DNA of 64,000 bases from Eledone cirrhosa (lineage: Eukaryota), in assembly GCA_964016885.1 (NCBI GenBank), contig OZ024756.1, positions 1,488,001 to 1,552,000 on the forward strand, given 5' to 3'. Numbering within the stretch: position 1 is the first letter of the stretch; each line of letters begins with the position of its first letter. Below are positions 36,301 through 48,900 of this stretch, piece after piece. The notes under the pieces were generated by a model. That model saw only the letters and a program-made list of their open reading frames with translations, had not been told where the DNA came from and ran no database searches. Position numbers and translations under genes: made by a program.

Positions 36301-39200
36301 GTCAGTGATCTGGTCCTCTGTCTTGCTGTCTTCAGTACATCTATGAAGTGTGCAGTGTCAGTGATCTGGTCCTCTGTGTTGCTGTCTTCAGTACATCTAT
36401 GAAGTGTGCAGTGTCAGTGATCTGGTCCTCTGTCTTGCTGTCTTCAGTACATTTATGAAGTGTGCAGTGTCAGTGATCTGTTACTCTGTCTTGCTGTCTT
36501 CAGTACATCTATGAAGTGTGCAGTGTCAATGATCTGGTCCTCTGTCTTGCTGACTTCAGTACATCTATGAAGTGTGCAGTGTCAGTGATCTGGTCCTCCG
36601 TCTTGCTGTCTTCAGTTCATCTATGAAGTGTGCAGTGTCAGTGATCTGGTCCTCCGTCTTGCTGTCTTCAGTACATCTATGAAGTGTGCAGTGTCAGTGA
36701 TCTGGTCTTCTGTCTTGCTGTCTTCAGTACATTTATGAAGTGTGTAGTGTCAGTGATCTGGTCCTCTATCTTGCTGTCTTCAGTTCATCTATGAAGTGTG
36801 CAGTGTCAGTGATCTGGTCCTCCGTCTTGCTTTCTTCAGTTCATCTATGAAGTGTGCAGTGTCAGTGATCTGGTCCTCCGTCTTGCTGTCTTCAGTACAT
36901 CTATGAAGTGTGCAGTGTCAGTGATCTGGTCCTCTGTCTTGCTGTCTTCAGTACATCTATGAAGTGTGCAGTGTCAGTGATCTGGTCCTCTGTCTTGCTG
37001 TCTTCAGTACATCTATGAAGTGTGCAGTGTCAATGATCTGGTCCTCTGTGTTGCTGACTTCAGTACATCTATGAAGTGTGCAGTGTCAGTGATCTGGTCC
37101 TCCGTCTTGCTGTCTTCAGTTCATCTATGAAGTGTGCAGTGTCAGTGATCTGGTCCTCCGTCTTGCTGTCTTCAGTACATCTATGAAGTGTGCAGTGTCA
37201 GTCATCTGGTCCTCTGTCTTGCTGTCCTTTAGTACATCTATGAAGTTTGCAGTGTCAGTGATCTGGTCCTCCGTCTTGCTGTCTTCAGTTCATCTATGAA
37301 GTGTGCAGTGTCAGTGATCTGGTCCTCTGTCTTGCTGTCTTCAGTTCATCTATGAAGTGTGCAGTGTCAGTGATCTGGTCCTCTGTCTAGCTGTCTTCAG
37401 TTCATCTATGAAGTGTGCAGTGTCAGTGATCTGGTCCTCTGTCTTGCTGTCTTCAGTTCATCTATGAAGTGTGCAGTGTCAGTGATCTGGTCCTCTGTCT
37501 TGCTGTCTTCAGTTCATCTATGAAGTGTGCAGTGTCAGTGATCTGGTCCTCTGTCTTGCTGTCTTCAGTACATCTATGAAGTGTGCAGTGTCAGTGATCT
37601 GGTCCTCTGTCTTGCTGTCTTCAGTACATCTATGAAGTGTGCAGTGTCAGAGATCTGGTCCTCTGTCTTGCTGTCTTCAGTTCATCTATGAAGTGTGCAG
37701 TGTCAGTGATCTGGTCCTCTGTCTTGCTGTCTTCAGTACATCTATGAAGTGTGCAGTGTCAGTGATCTGGTCCTCTGTCTTGCTGTCTTCAGTACATCTA
37801 TGAAGTGTGCAGTGTCAGTGATCTGGTCCTCTGTCTTGTTGTCTTCAGTTCATCTATGAAGTGTGCAGTGTCAGTGATCTGGTCCTCTGTCTTGCTGTCT
37901 TCAGTTCATGTATGAAGTGTGCAGTGTCAGTGATCTGGTCCTCTGTCTTGCTGTCTTCAGTACATCTATGAAGTGTGCAGTGTCAGTGATCTGGTACTCT
38001 CTCTTGCTGTCTTCAGTTCATCTATGAAGTGTGCAGTGTCAGTGATCTGGTCCTCTGTCTTGCTGTCTTCAGTTCATCTATGAAGTGTGCAGTGTCAGTG
38101 ATCTGGTCCTCTGTCTTGCTGTCTTCAGTACATCTATGAAGTGTGCAGTGTCAGTGATCTGGTCCTCTGTGTTGCTGTCTTCAGTACATCTATGAAGTGT
38201 GCAGTGTCAGTGATCTGGTCCTCTGTCTTGCTGTCTTCAGTACATCTATGAAGTGTGCAGTGTCAGTGATCTGGTCCTCTGTCTTGCTGTCTTCAGTACA
38301 TCTATGAAGTGTGCAGTGTCAGTGATCTGGTCCTCTGTCTTGCTGTCTTCAGTACATCTATGAAGTGTGCAGTGTCAGTGATCTGGTCCTCTGTCTTGCT
38401 GTCTTCAGTTCATCTATGAAGTGTGCAGTGTCAGTGATCTGGTCCTCTGTCTTGCTGTCTTCAGTTCAACTATGAAGTGTGCAGTGTCAATGATCTGGTC
38501 CTCTGTCTTGCTGTCTTCAGTACATCTATTAAGTGTGCAGTGTCAGTGATCTGGTCCTCTGTCTTGCTGTCTTCAGTTCATCTATGAAGTGTGCAGTGTC
38601 AGTGATCTGGTCCTCTGTCTTGCTGTCTTCAGTTCATCTATGAAGTGTGCAGTGTCAGTGATCTGGTACTCTGTCTTGCTGTCTTCAGTACATCTATGAA
38701 GTGTGCAGTGTCAATGATCTGGTCCTCTGTCTTGCTGACTTCAGTACATCTATGAAGTGTGCAGTGTCAGTGATCTGGTCCTCTGTCTTGCTGTCTTCAG
38801 TACATCTATGAAGTGTGCAGTGTCAGTGATCTGGTCCTCTGTCTTGCTGTCTTCAGTACATCTATGAAGTGTGCAGTGTCAGTGATCTGGTCCTCTGTCT
38901 TGCTGTCTTCAGTACATCTATGAAGTGTGCAGTGTCAATGATCTGGTCCTCTGTGTTGCTGACTTCAGTACATCTATGAAGTGTGCAGTGTCAGTGATCT
39001 GGTCCTCCGTCTTGCTGTCTTCAGTTCATCTATGAAGTGTGCAGTGTCAGTGATCTGGTCCTCCGTCTTGCTGTCTTCAGTACATCTATGAAGTGTGCAG
39101 TGTCAGTCATCTGGTCCTCTGTCTTGCTGTCTTTTAGTACATCTATGAAGTGTGCAGTGTCAGTGATCTGGTCCTCCGTCTTGCTGTCTTCAATTCATCT
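33400..39200. repeat. Tandem duplication with a 2,914-bp (52 monomers plus 2 bp) period
   Basis: CCTTTAG 34317/37231, TCTAGC 34474/37388 and CTTTTAG 36222/39136 are all offset by 2914. Ends are approximate. Confidence 0.85.
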
Positions 39201-42200
39201 ATGAAGTGTGCAGTGTCAGTGATCTGGTCCTCTGTCTTGCTGTCTTCAGTTCATCTATGAAGTGTGCAGTGTCAGTGATCTGGTCCTCTGTCTAGCTGTC
39301 TTCAGTTCATCTATGAAGTGTGCAGTGTCAGTGATCTGGTCCTCTGTCTTGCTGTCTTCAGTTCATCTATGAAGTGTGCAGTGTCAGTGATCTGGTCCTC
39401 TGTCTTGCTGTCTTCAGTTCATCTATGAAGTGTGCAGTGTCAGTGATCTGGTCCTCTGTCTTGCTGTCTTCAGTACATCTATGAAGTGTGCAGTGTCAGT
39501 GATCTGGTCCTCTGTCTTGCTGTCTTCAGTACATCTATGAAGTGTGCAGTGTCAGAGATCTGGTCCTCTGTCTTGCTGTCTTCAGTTCATCTATGAAGTG
39601 TGCAGTGTCAGTGATCTGGTCCTCTGTCTTGCTGTCTTCAGTACATCTATGAAGTGTGCAGTGTCAGTGATCTGGTCCTCTGTCTTGCTGTCTTCAGTAC
39701 ATCTATGAAGTGTGCAGTGTCAGTGATCTGGTCCTCTGTCTTGTTGTCTTCAGTTCATCTATGAAGTGTGCAGTGTCAGTGATCTGGTCCTCTGTCTTGC
39801 TGTCTTCAGTTCATCTATGAAGTGTGCAGTGTCAGTGATCTGGTCCTCTGTCTTGTTGTCTTCAGTTCATGTATGAAGTGTGCAGTGTCAGTGATCTGGT
39901 CCTCTGTCTTGCTGTCTTCAGTACATCTATGAAGTGTGCAGTGTCAGTGATCTGGTCCTCTCTCTTGCTGTCTTCAGTTCATCTATGAAGTGTGCAGTGT
40001 CAGTGATCTGGTCCTCTGTCTTGCTGTCTTCAGTTCATCTATGAAGTGTGCAGTGTCAGTGATCTGGTCCTCTGTCTTGCTGTCTTCAGTACATCTATGA
40101 AGTGTGCAGTGTCAGTGATCTGGTCCTCTGTGTTGCTGTCTTCAGTACATCTATGAAGTGTGCAGTGTCAGTGATCTGGTCCTCTGTCTTGCTGTCTTCA
40201 GTACATCTATGAAGTGTGCAGTGTCAGTGATCTGGTCCTCTGTCTTGCTGTCTTCAGTACATCTATGAAGTGTGCAGTGTCAGTGATCTGGTCCTCTGTC
40301 TTGCTGTCTTCAGTACATCTATGAAGTGTGCAGTGTCAGTGATCTGGTCCTCTGTCTTGCTGTCTTCAGTTCATCTATGAAGTGTGCAGTGTCAGTGATC
40401 TGGTCCTCTGTCTTGCTGTCTTCAGTTCAACTATGAAGTGTGCAGTGTCAATGATCTGGTCCTCTGTCTTGCTGTCTTCAGTACATCTATTAAGTGTGCA
40501 GTGTCAGTGATCTGGTCCTCTGTCTTGCTGTCTTCAGTTCATCTATGAAGTGTGCAGTGTCAGTGATCTGGTCCTCTGTCTTGCTGTCTTCAGTTCATCT
40601 ATGAAGTGTGCAGTGTCAGTGATCTGGTACTCTGTCTTGCTGTCTTCAGTACATCTATGAAGTGTGCAGTGTCAATGATCTGGTCCTCTGTCTTGCTGAC
40701 TTCAGTACATCTATGAAATGTGCAGTGTCAGTGATCTGGTCCTCTGTCTTGCTGTCTTCAGTACATCTATGAAGTGTGCAGTGTCAGTGATCTGGTCCTC
40801 TGTCTTGCTGTCTTCAGTACATCTATGAAGTGTGCAGTGTCAGTGATCTGGTCCTCTGTGTTGCTGTCTTCAGTACATCTATGAAGTGTGCAGTGTCAGT
40901 GATCTGGTCCTCTGTCTTGCTGTCTTCAGTACATCTATGAAGTGTGCAGTGTCAGTGATCTGGTACTCTGTCTTGCTGTCTTCAGTACATCTATGAAGTG
41001 TGCAGTGTCAATGATCTGGTCCTCTGTCTTGCTGACTTCAGTACATCTATGAAGTGTGCAGTGTCAGTGATCTGGTCCTCCGTCTTGCTGTCTTCAGTTC
41101 ATCTATGAAGTGTGCAGTGTCAGTGATCTGGTCCTCCGTCTTGCTGTCTTCAGTACATCTATGAAGTGTGCAGTGTCAGTGATCTGGTCCTCTTTCTTGC
41201 TGTCTTCAGTTCATCTATGAAGTGTGCAGTGTCAGTGATCTGGTCCTCTGTCTTGCTGTCTTCAGTTCATCTATGAAGTGTGCAGTGTCAGTGATCTGGT
41301 CCTCTGTCTTGCTGTCTTCAGTACATCTATGAAGTGTGCAGTGTCAGTGATCTGGTCCTCCGTCTTGCTGTCTTCATTTCATCTATGAAGTGTGCAGTGT
41401 CAGTGATCTGGTCCTCCGTCTTGCTGTCTTCAGTTCATCTATGAAGTGTGCAGTGGCAGTGATCTGGTCCTCTGTCTTGCTGTCTTCAGTACATCTATGA
41501 AGTGTGCAGTGTCAGTGATCTGGTCCTCTGTCTTGCTGTCTTCAGTTCATCTATGAAGTGTGCAGTGTCAGTGATCTGGTCCTCTGTCTTGCTGTCTTCA
41601 GTACATCTATGAAGTGTGCAGTGTCAGTGATCTGGTCCTCCGTCTTGCTGTCTTCATTTCATCTATGAAGTGTGCAGTGTCAGTGATCTAGTCCTCTGTC
41701 TTGCTGTCTTCAGTTCATCTATGAAGTGTGCAGTGTCAGTGATCTGGTCCTCTGTCTTGCTGTCTTCAGTTCATCTATGAAGTGTGCAGTGTCAGTGATC
41801 TGGTCCTCTGTCTTGCTGTCTTCAGTTCATCTATGAAGTGTGCAGTGTCAGTGATCTGGTCCTCTGTCTTGCTGTCTTCAGTTCAACTATGAAGTGTGCA
41901 GTGTCAATGATCTGGTCCTCTGTCTTGCTGTCTTCAGTACATCTATTAAGTGTGCAGTGTCAGTGATCTGGTCCTCTGTCTTGCTGTCTTCAGTTCATCT
42001 ATGAAGTGTGCAGTGTCAGTGATCTGGTCCTCTGTCTTGCTGTCTTTTAGTACATCTATGAAGTGTGCAGTGTCAGTGATCTGGTCCTCTGTCTTGCTGT
42101 CTTCAGTTCATCTATGAAGTGTGCAGTGTCAGTGATCTGGTCCTCTGTCTTGCTGTCTTCAGTTCAACTATGAAGTGTGCAGTGTCAATGATCTGGTCCT

Positions 42201-45200
42201 CTGTCCTGCTGTCTTCAGTACATCTATTAAGTGTGCAGTGTCAGTGATCTGGTCCTCTGTCTTGCTGTCTTCAGTTCATCTATGAAGTGTGCAGTGTCAG
42301 TGATCTGGTCCTCTGTCTTGCTGTCTTCAGTTCATCTATGAAGTGTGCAGTGTCAGTGATCTGGTACTCTGTCTTGCTGTCTTCAGTACATCTATGAAGT
42401 GTGCAGTGTCAATGATCTGGTCCTCTGTCTTGCTGACTTCAGTACATCTATGAAGTGTGCAGTGTCAGTGATCTGGTCCTCTGTCTTGCTGTCTTCAGTA
42501 CATCTATGAAGTGTGCAGTGTCAGTGATCTGGTCCTCTGTCTTGCTGTCTTCAGTACATCTATGAAGTGTGCAGTGTCAGTGATCTGGTCCTCTGTCTTG
42601 CTGTCTTCAGTACATCTATGAAGTGTGCAGTGTCAATGATCTGGTCCTCTGTGTTGCTGACTTCAGTACATCTATGAAGTGTGCAGTGTCAGTGATCTGG
42701 TCCTCCGTCTTGCTGTCTTCAGTTCATCTATGAAGTGTGCAGTGTCAGTAATCTGGTCCTCCGTCTTGCTGTCTTCAGTACATCTATGAAGTGTGCAGTG
42801 TCAGTCATCTGGTCCTCTGTCTTGCTGTCTTTTAGTACATCTATGAAGTGTGCAGTGTCAGTGATCTGGTCCTCCGTCTTGCTGTCTTCAGTTCATCTAT
42901 GAAGTGTGCAGTGTCAGTGATCTGGTCCTCTGTCTTGCTGTCTTCAGTTCATCTATGAAGTGTGCAGTGTCAGTGATCTGGTCCTCTGTCTAGCTGTCTT
43001 CAGTTCATCTATGAAGTGTGCAGTGTCAGTGATCTGGTCCTCTGTCTTGCTGTCTTCAGTTCATCTATGAAGTGTGCAGTGTCAGTGATCTGGTCCTCTG
43101 TCTTGCTGTCTTCAGTTCATCTATGAAGTGTGCAGTGTCAGTGATCTGGTCCTCTGTCTTGCTGTCTTCAGTACATCTATGAAGTGTGCAGTGTCAGTGA
43201 TCTGGTCCTCTGTCTTGCTGTCTTCAGTACATCTATGAAGTGTGCAGTGTCAGAGATCTGGTCCTCTGTCTTGCTGTCTTCAGTTCATCTATGAAGTGTG
43301 CAGTGTCAGTGATCTGGTCCTCTGTCTTGCTGTCTTCAGTACATCTATGAAGTGTGCAGTGTCAGTGATCTGGTCCTCTGTCTTGCTGTCTTCAGTACAT
43401 CTATGAAGTGTGCAGTGTCAGTGATCTGGTCCTCTGTCTTGTTGTCTTCTGTTCATCTATGAAGTGTGCAGTGTCAGTGATCTGGTCCTCTGTCTTGCTG
43501 TCTTCAGTTCATCTATGAAGTGTGCAGTGTCAGTGATCTGGTCCTCTGTCTTGTTGTCTTCAGTTCATGTATGAAGTGTGCAGTGTCAGTGATCTGGTCC
43601 TCTGTCTTGCTGTCTTCAGTACATCTATGAAGTGTGCAGTGTCAGTGATCTGGTCCTCTCTCTTGCTGTCTTCAGTTCATCTATGAAGTGTGCAGTGTCA
43701 GTGATCTGGTCCTCTGTCTTGCTGTCTTCAGTTCATCTATGAAGTGTGCAGTGTCAGTGATCTGGTCCTCTGTCTTGCTGTCTTCAGTACATCTATGAAG
43801 TGTGCAGTGTCAGTGATCTGGTCCTCTGTGTTGCTGTCTTCAGTACATCTATGAAGTGTGCAGTGTCAGTGATCTGGTCCTCTGTCTTGCTGTCTTCAGT
43901 ACATCTATGAAGTGTGCAGTGTCAGTGATCTGGTCCTCTGTCTTGCTGTCTTCAATACATCTATGAAGTGTGCAGTGTCAGTGATCTGGTCCTCTGTCTT
44001 GCTGTCTTCAGTTCATCTATGAAGTGTGCAGTGTCAGTGATCTGGTCCTCTGTCTTGCTGTCTTCAGTTCAACTATGAAGTGTGCAGTGTCAATGATCTG
44101 GTCCTCTGTCTTGCTGTCTTCAGTACATCTATTAAGTGTGCAGTGTCAGTGATCTGGTCCTCTGTCTTGCTGTCTTCAGTTCATCTATGAAGTGTGCAGT
44201 GTCAGTGATCTGGTCCTCTGTCTTGCTGTCTTCAGTTCATCTATGAAGTGTGCAGTGTCAGTGATCTGGTACTCTGTCTTGCTGTCTTCAGTACATCTAT
44301 GAAGTGTGCAGTGTCAATGATCTGGTCCTCTGTCTTGCTGACTTTAGTACATCTATGAAATGTGCAGTGTCAGTGATCTGGTCCTCTGTCTTGCTGTCTT
44401 CAGTACATCTATGAAGTGTGCAGTGTCAGTGATCTGGTCCTCTGTCTTGCTGTCTTCAGTACATCTATGAAGTGTGCAGTGTCAGTGATCTGGTCCTCTG
44501 TCTTGCTGTCTTCAGTACATCTATGAAGTGTGCAGTGTCAGTGATCTGGTACTCTGTCTTGCTGTCTTCAGTACATCTATGAAGTGTGCAGTGTCAATGA
44601 TCTGGTCCTCTGTCTTGCTGACTTCAGTACATCTATGAAGTGTGCAGTGTCAGTGATCTGGTCCTCCGTCTTGCTGTCTTCAGTTCATCTATGAAGTGTG
44701 CAGTGTCAGTGATCTGGTCCTCCGTCTTGCTGTCTTCAGTACATCTATGAAGTGTGCAGTGTCAGTGAACTGGTCCTCTTTCTTGCTGTCTTCAGTTCAT
44801 CTATGAAGTGTGCAGTGTCAGTGATCTGGTCCTCTGTCTTGCTGTCTTCAGTTCATCTATGAAGTGTGCAGTGTCAGTGATCTGGTCCTCTGTCTTGCTG
44901 TCTTCAGTACATCTATGAAGTGTGCAGTGTCAGTGATCTGGTCCTCCGTCTTGCTGTCTTCATTTCATCTATGAAGTGTGCAGTGTCAGTGATCTGGTCC
45001 TCCGTCTTGCTGTCTTCAGTTCATCTATGAAGTGTGCAGTGGCAGTGATCTGGTCCTCTGTCTTGCTGTCTTCAGTACATCTATGAAGTGTGCAGTGTCA
45101 GTGATCTGGTCCTCTGTCTTGCTGTCTTCAGTTCATCTATGAAGTGTGCAGTGTCAGTGATCTGGTCCTCTGTCTTGCTGTCTTCAGTACATCTATGAAG

Positions 45201-45950
45201 TGTGCAGTGTCAGTGATCTGGTCCTCCGTCTTGCTGTCTTCATTTCATCTATGAAGTGTGCAGTGTCAGTGATCTGGTCCTCTGTCTTGCTGTCTTCAGT
45301 TCATCTATGAAGTGTGCAGTGTCAGTGATCTGGTCCTCTGTCTTGCTGTCTTCAGTTCATCTATGAAGTGTGCAGTGTCAGTGATCTGGTCCTCTGTCTT
45401 GCTGTCTTCAGTTCATCTATGAAGTGTGCAGTGTCAGTGATCTGGTCCTCTGTCTTGCTGTCTTCAGTTCAACTATGAAGTGTGCAGTGTCAATGATCTG
45501 GTCCTCTGTCTTGCTGTCTTCAGTACATCTATTAAGTGTGCAGTGTCAGTGATCTGGTCCTCTGTCTTGCTGTCTTCAGTTCATCTATGAAGTGTGCAGT
45601 GTCAGTGATCTGGTCCTCTGTCTTGCTGTCTTTTAGTACATCTATGAAGTGTGCAGTGTCAGTGATCTGGTCCTCTGTCTTGCTGTCTTCAGTTCATCTA
45701 TGAAGTGTGCAGTGTCAGTGATCTGGTCCTCTGTCTTGCTGTCTTCAGTTCAACTATGAAGTGTGCAGTGTCAATGATCTGGTCCTCTGTCCTGCTGTCT
45801 TCAGTACATCTATTAAGTGTGCAGTGTCAGTGATCTGGTCCTCTGTCTTGCTGTCTTCAGTTCATCTATGAAGTGTGCAGTGTCAGTGATCTGGTCCTCT
45901 GTCTTGCTGTCTTCAGTTCATCTATGAAGTGTGCAGTGTCAGTGATCTGG
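38450..45950. repeat. Tandem duplication of about 3.6-3.7 kb (66 to 64 monomers)
   Basis: Offsets are CTTTTAG 39136/42834 (3698), CTATGAAATG 40711/44353 (3642), CTTTTAG 42049/45635 (3586) and CTGTCCTGCT 42201/45787 (3586). Ends are approximate. Confidence 0.85.
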
Positions 45951-48900
45951 TCCTCTGTCTTGCTGTCTTCAGTACATCTATGAAGTGTGCAGTGTCAGTG
46001 ATCTGGTCCTCTGTGTTGCTGTCTTCAGTACATCTATGAAGTGTGCAGTGTCAGTGATCTGGTCCTCTGTCTTGCTGTCTTCAGTTCATCTATGAAGTGT
46101 GCAGTGTCAGTGATCTGGTCCCCTGTCTTGCTGTCTTCAGTTCATCTATGAAGTGTGCAGTGTCAGTGATCTGGTCCTCTGTCTTGCTGTCTTCAGTTCA
46201 TCTATGAAGTGTGCAGTGTCAGTGATCTGGTCCTCTGTCTTGCTGTCTTCAGTTCATCTATGAAGTGTGCAGTGTCAGTGATCTGGTCCTCTGTCTTGCT
46301 GTCTTCAGTTCATCTATGAAGTGTGCCGTGTCAGTGATCTGGTCCTATGTCTTGCTGTCTTCAGTTCATCTATGAAGTGTGAAGTGTCAGTGATCTGGTC
46401 CTCTGTCTTGCTGTCTTCAGTACATCTATGAAGTGTGCAGTGTCAGTGATCTGGTCCTCTGTGTTGCTGTCTTCAGTACATCTATGAAGTGTGCAGTGTC
46501 AGTGATCTGGTCCTCTGTCTTGCTGTCTTCAGTTCATCTATGAAGTGTGCAGTGTCAGTGATCTGGTCCCCTGTCTTGCTGTCTTCAGTTCATCTATGAA
46601 GTGTGCAGTGTCAGTGATCTGGTCCTCTGTCTTGCTGTCTTCAGTTCATCTATGAAGTGTGCAGTGTCAGTCATCTGGTCCTCTGTCTTGCTGTCTTCAA
46701 TTCATCTATGAAGTGTGCAGTGTCAGTGATCCGGTCCTCTGTCTTGCTGTCTTCAGTACATCTATGAAGTGTGCAGTGTCAGTGATCTGGTCCTCTGTCT
46801 TGCTGTCTTCAGTACATCTATGAAGTGTGCAGTGTCAGTGATCTGGTCCTCTGTCTTGCTGTCTTCAGTTCATCTATGAAGTGTGCAGTGTCAGTGATCT
46901 GGTCCTCTGTCTTGCTGTCTTCAGTACATCTATGAAGTGTGCAGTGTCAGTGATCTGGTCCTCTGTCTTGTTGTCTTCAGTTCATCTATGAAGTGTGCAG
47001 TGTCAGTGATCTGGTCCTCTGTCTTGCTGTCTTCAGTACATTTATGAAGTGTGTAGTGTCAGTGATCTGGTCCTCTATCTTGCTGTCTTCAGTTCATCTA
47101 TGAAGTGTGCAGTGTCAGTGATCTGGTCCTCCGTCTTGCTGTCTTCAGTTCATCTATGAAGTGTGCAGTGTCAGTGATCTGGTCCTCCGTCTTGCTGTCT
47201 TCAGTACATCTATGAAGTGTGCAGTGTCAGTGATCTGGTCCTCTGTCTTGCTGTCTTCAGTACATCTATGAAGTGTGCAGTGTCAGTGATCTGGTCCTCT
47301 GTCTTGCTGTCTTCAGTACATCTATGAAGTGTGCAGTGTCAATGATCTGGTCCTCTGTCTTGCTGACTTCAGTACATCTATGAAGTGTGCAGTGTCAGTG
47401 ATCTGGTCCTCCTTCTTGCTGTCTTCAGTTCATCTATGAAGTGTGCAGTGTCAGTATTCTGGTCCTCCGTCTTGCTGTCTTCAGTACATCTATGAAGTGT
47501 GCAGTGTCAGTGATCTGGTCCTCTGTCTTGCTGTCTTCAGTACATCTATGAAGAGTGCAGTGTCAGTGATCTGGTCCTCCGTCTTGCTGTCTTCATTTCA
47601 TCTATGAAGTGTGCAGTGTCAGTGATCTGGTCCTCTGTCTTGCTGTCTTCAGTACATCTATGAAGTGTGCAGTGTCAGTGATCTGGTCCTCCGTCTTGCT
47701 GTCTTCAGTTCATCTATGAAGTGTGCAGTGTCAGTGATCTGGTCCTCTGTCTTGCTGTCTTCAGTACATCTGTGAAGTGTGCAGTGTCAGTGATCTGGTC
47801 CTCTGTCTTGCTGTCTTCAGTACATCTATGAAGTGTGCAGTGTCAGTGATCTGGTCCTCTGTCTTGCTGTCTTCAGTTCATCTATGAAGTGTGCAGTGTC
47901 AGTGATCTGGTCCTCTGTCTTGCTGTCTTCAGTTCATCTATGAAGTGTGCAGTGTCAGTGATCTGGTCCTCTGTCTTGCTGTCTTCAGTTCAACTATGAA
48001 GTGTGCAGTGTCAATGATCTGGACCTCTGTCTTGCTGTCTTAAGTACATCTATTAAGTGTGCAGTGTCAGTGATCTGGTCCTCTGTCTTGCTGTCTTCAG
48101 TTCATCTATGAAGTGTGCAGTGTCAGTGATCTGGTCCTCTGTCTTGCTGTCTTCAGTTCATCTATGAAGTGTGCAGTGTCAGTGATCTGGTACTCTGTCT
48201 TGCTGTCTTCAGTACATCTATGAAGTGTGCAGTGTCAATGATCTGGTCCTCTGTCTTGCTGACTTCAGTACATCTATGAAGTGTGCAGTGTCAGTGATCT
48301 GGTCCTCTGTCTTGCTGTCTTCAGTACATCTATGAAGTGTGCAGTGTCAGTGATCTGGTCCTCTGTCTTGCTGTCTTCAGTACATCTATGAAGTGTGCAG
48401 TGTCAGTGACCTGGTCCTCTGTGTTGCTGTCTTCAGTACATCTATGAAGTGTGCGGTGTCAGTGATCTGGTCCTCTGTCTTGCTGTCTTCAGTACATTTA
48501 TGAAGTGTGCAGTGTCAGTGATCTGGTACTCTGTCTTGCTGTCTTCAGTACATCTATGAAGTGTGCAGTGTCAATGATCTGGTCCTCTGTCTTGCTGACT
48601 TCAGTACATCTATGAAGTGTGCAGTGTCAGTGATCTGGTCCTCCGTCTTGCTGTCTTCAGTTCATCTATGAAGTGTGCAGTGTCAGTGATCTGGTCCTCC
48701 GTCTTGCTGTCTTCAGTACATCTATGAAGTGTGCAGTGTCAGTGATCTGGTCCTCTGTCTTGCTGTCTTCAGTACATTTATGAAGTGTGTAGTGTCAGTG
48801 ATCTGGTCCTCTATCTTGCTGTCTTCAGTTCATCTATGAAGTGTGCAGTGTCAGTGATCTGGTCCTCCGTCTTGCTTTCTTCAGTTCATCTATGAAGTGT

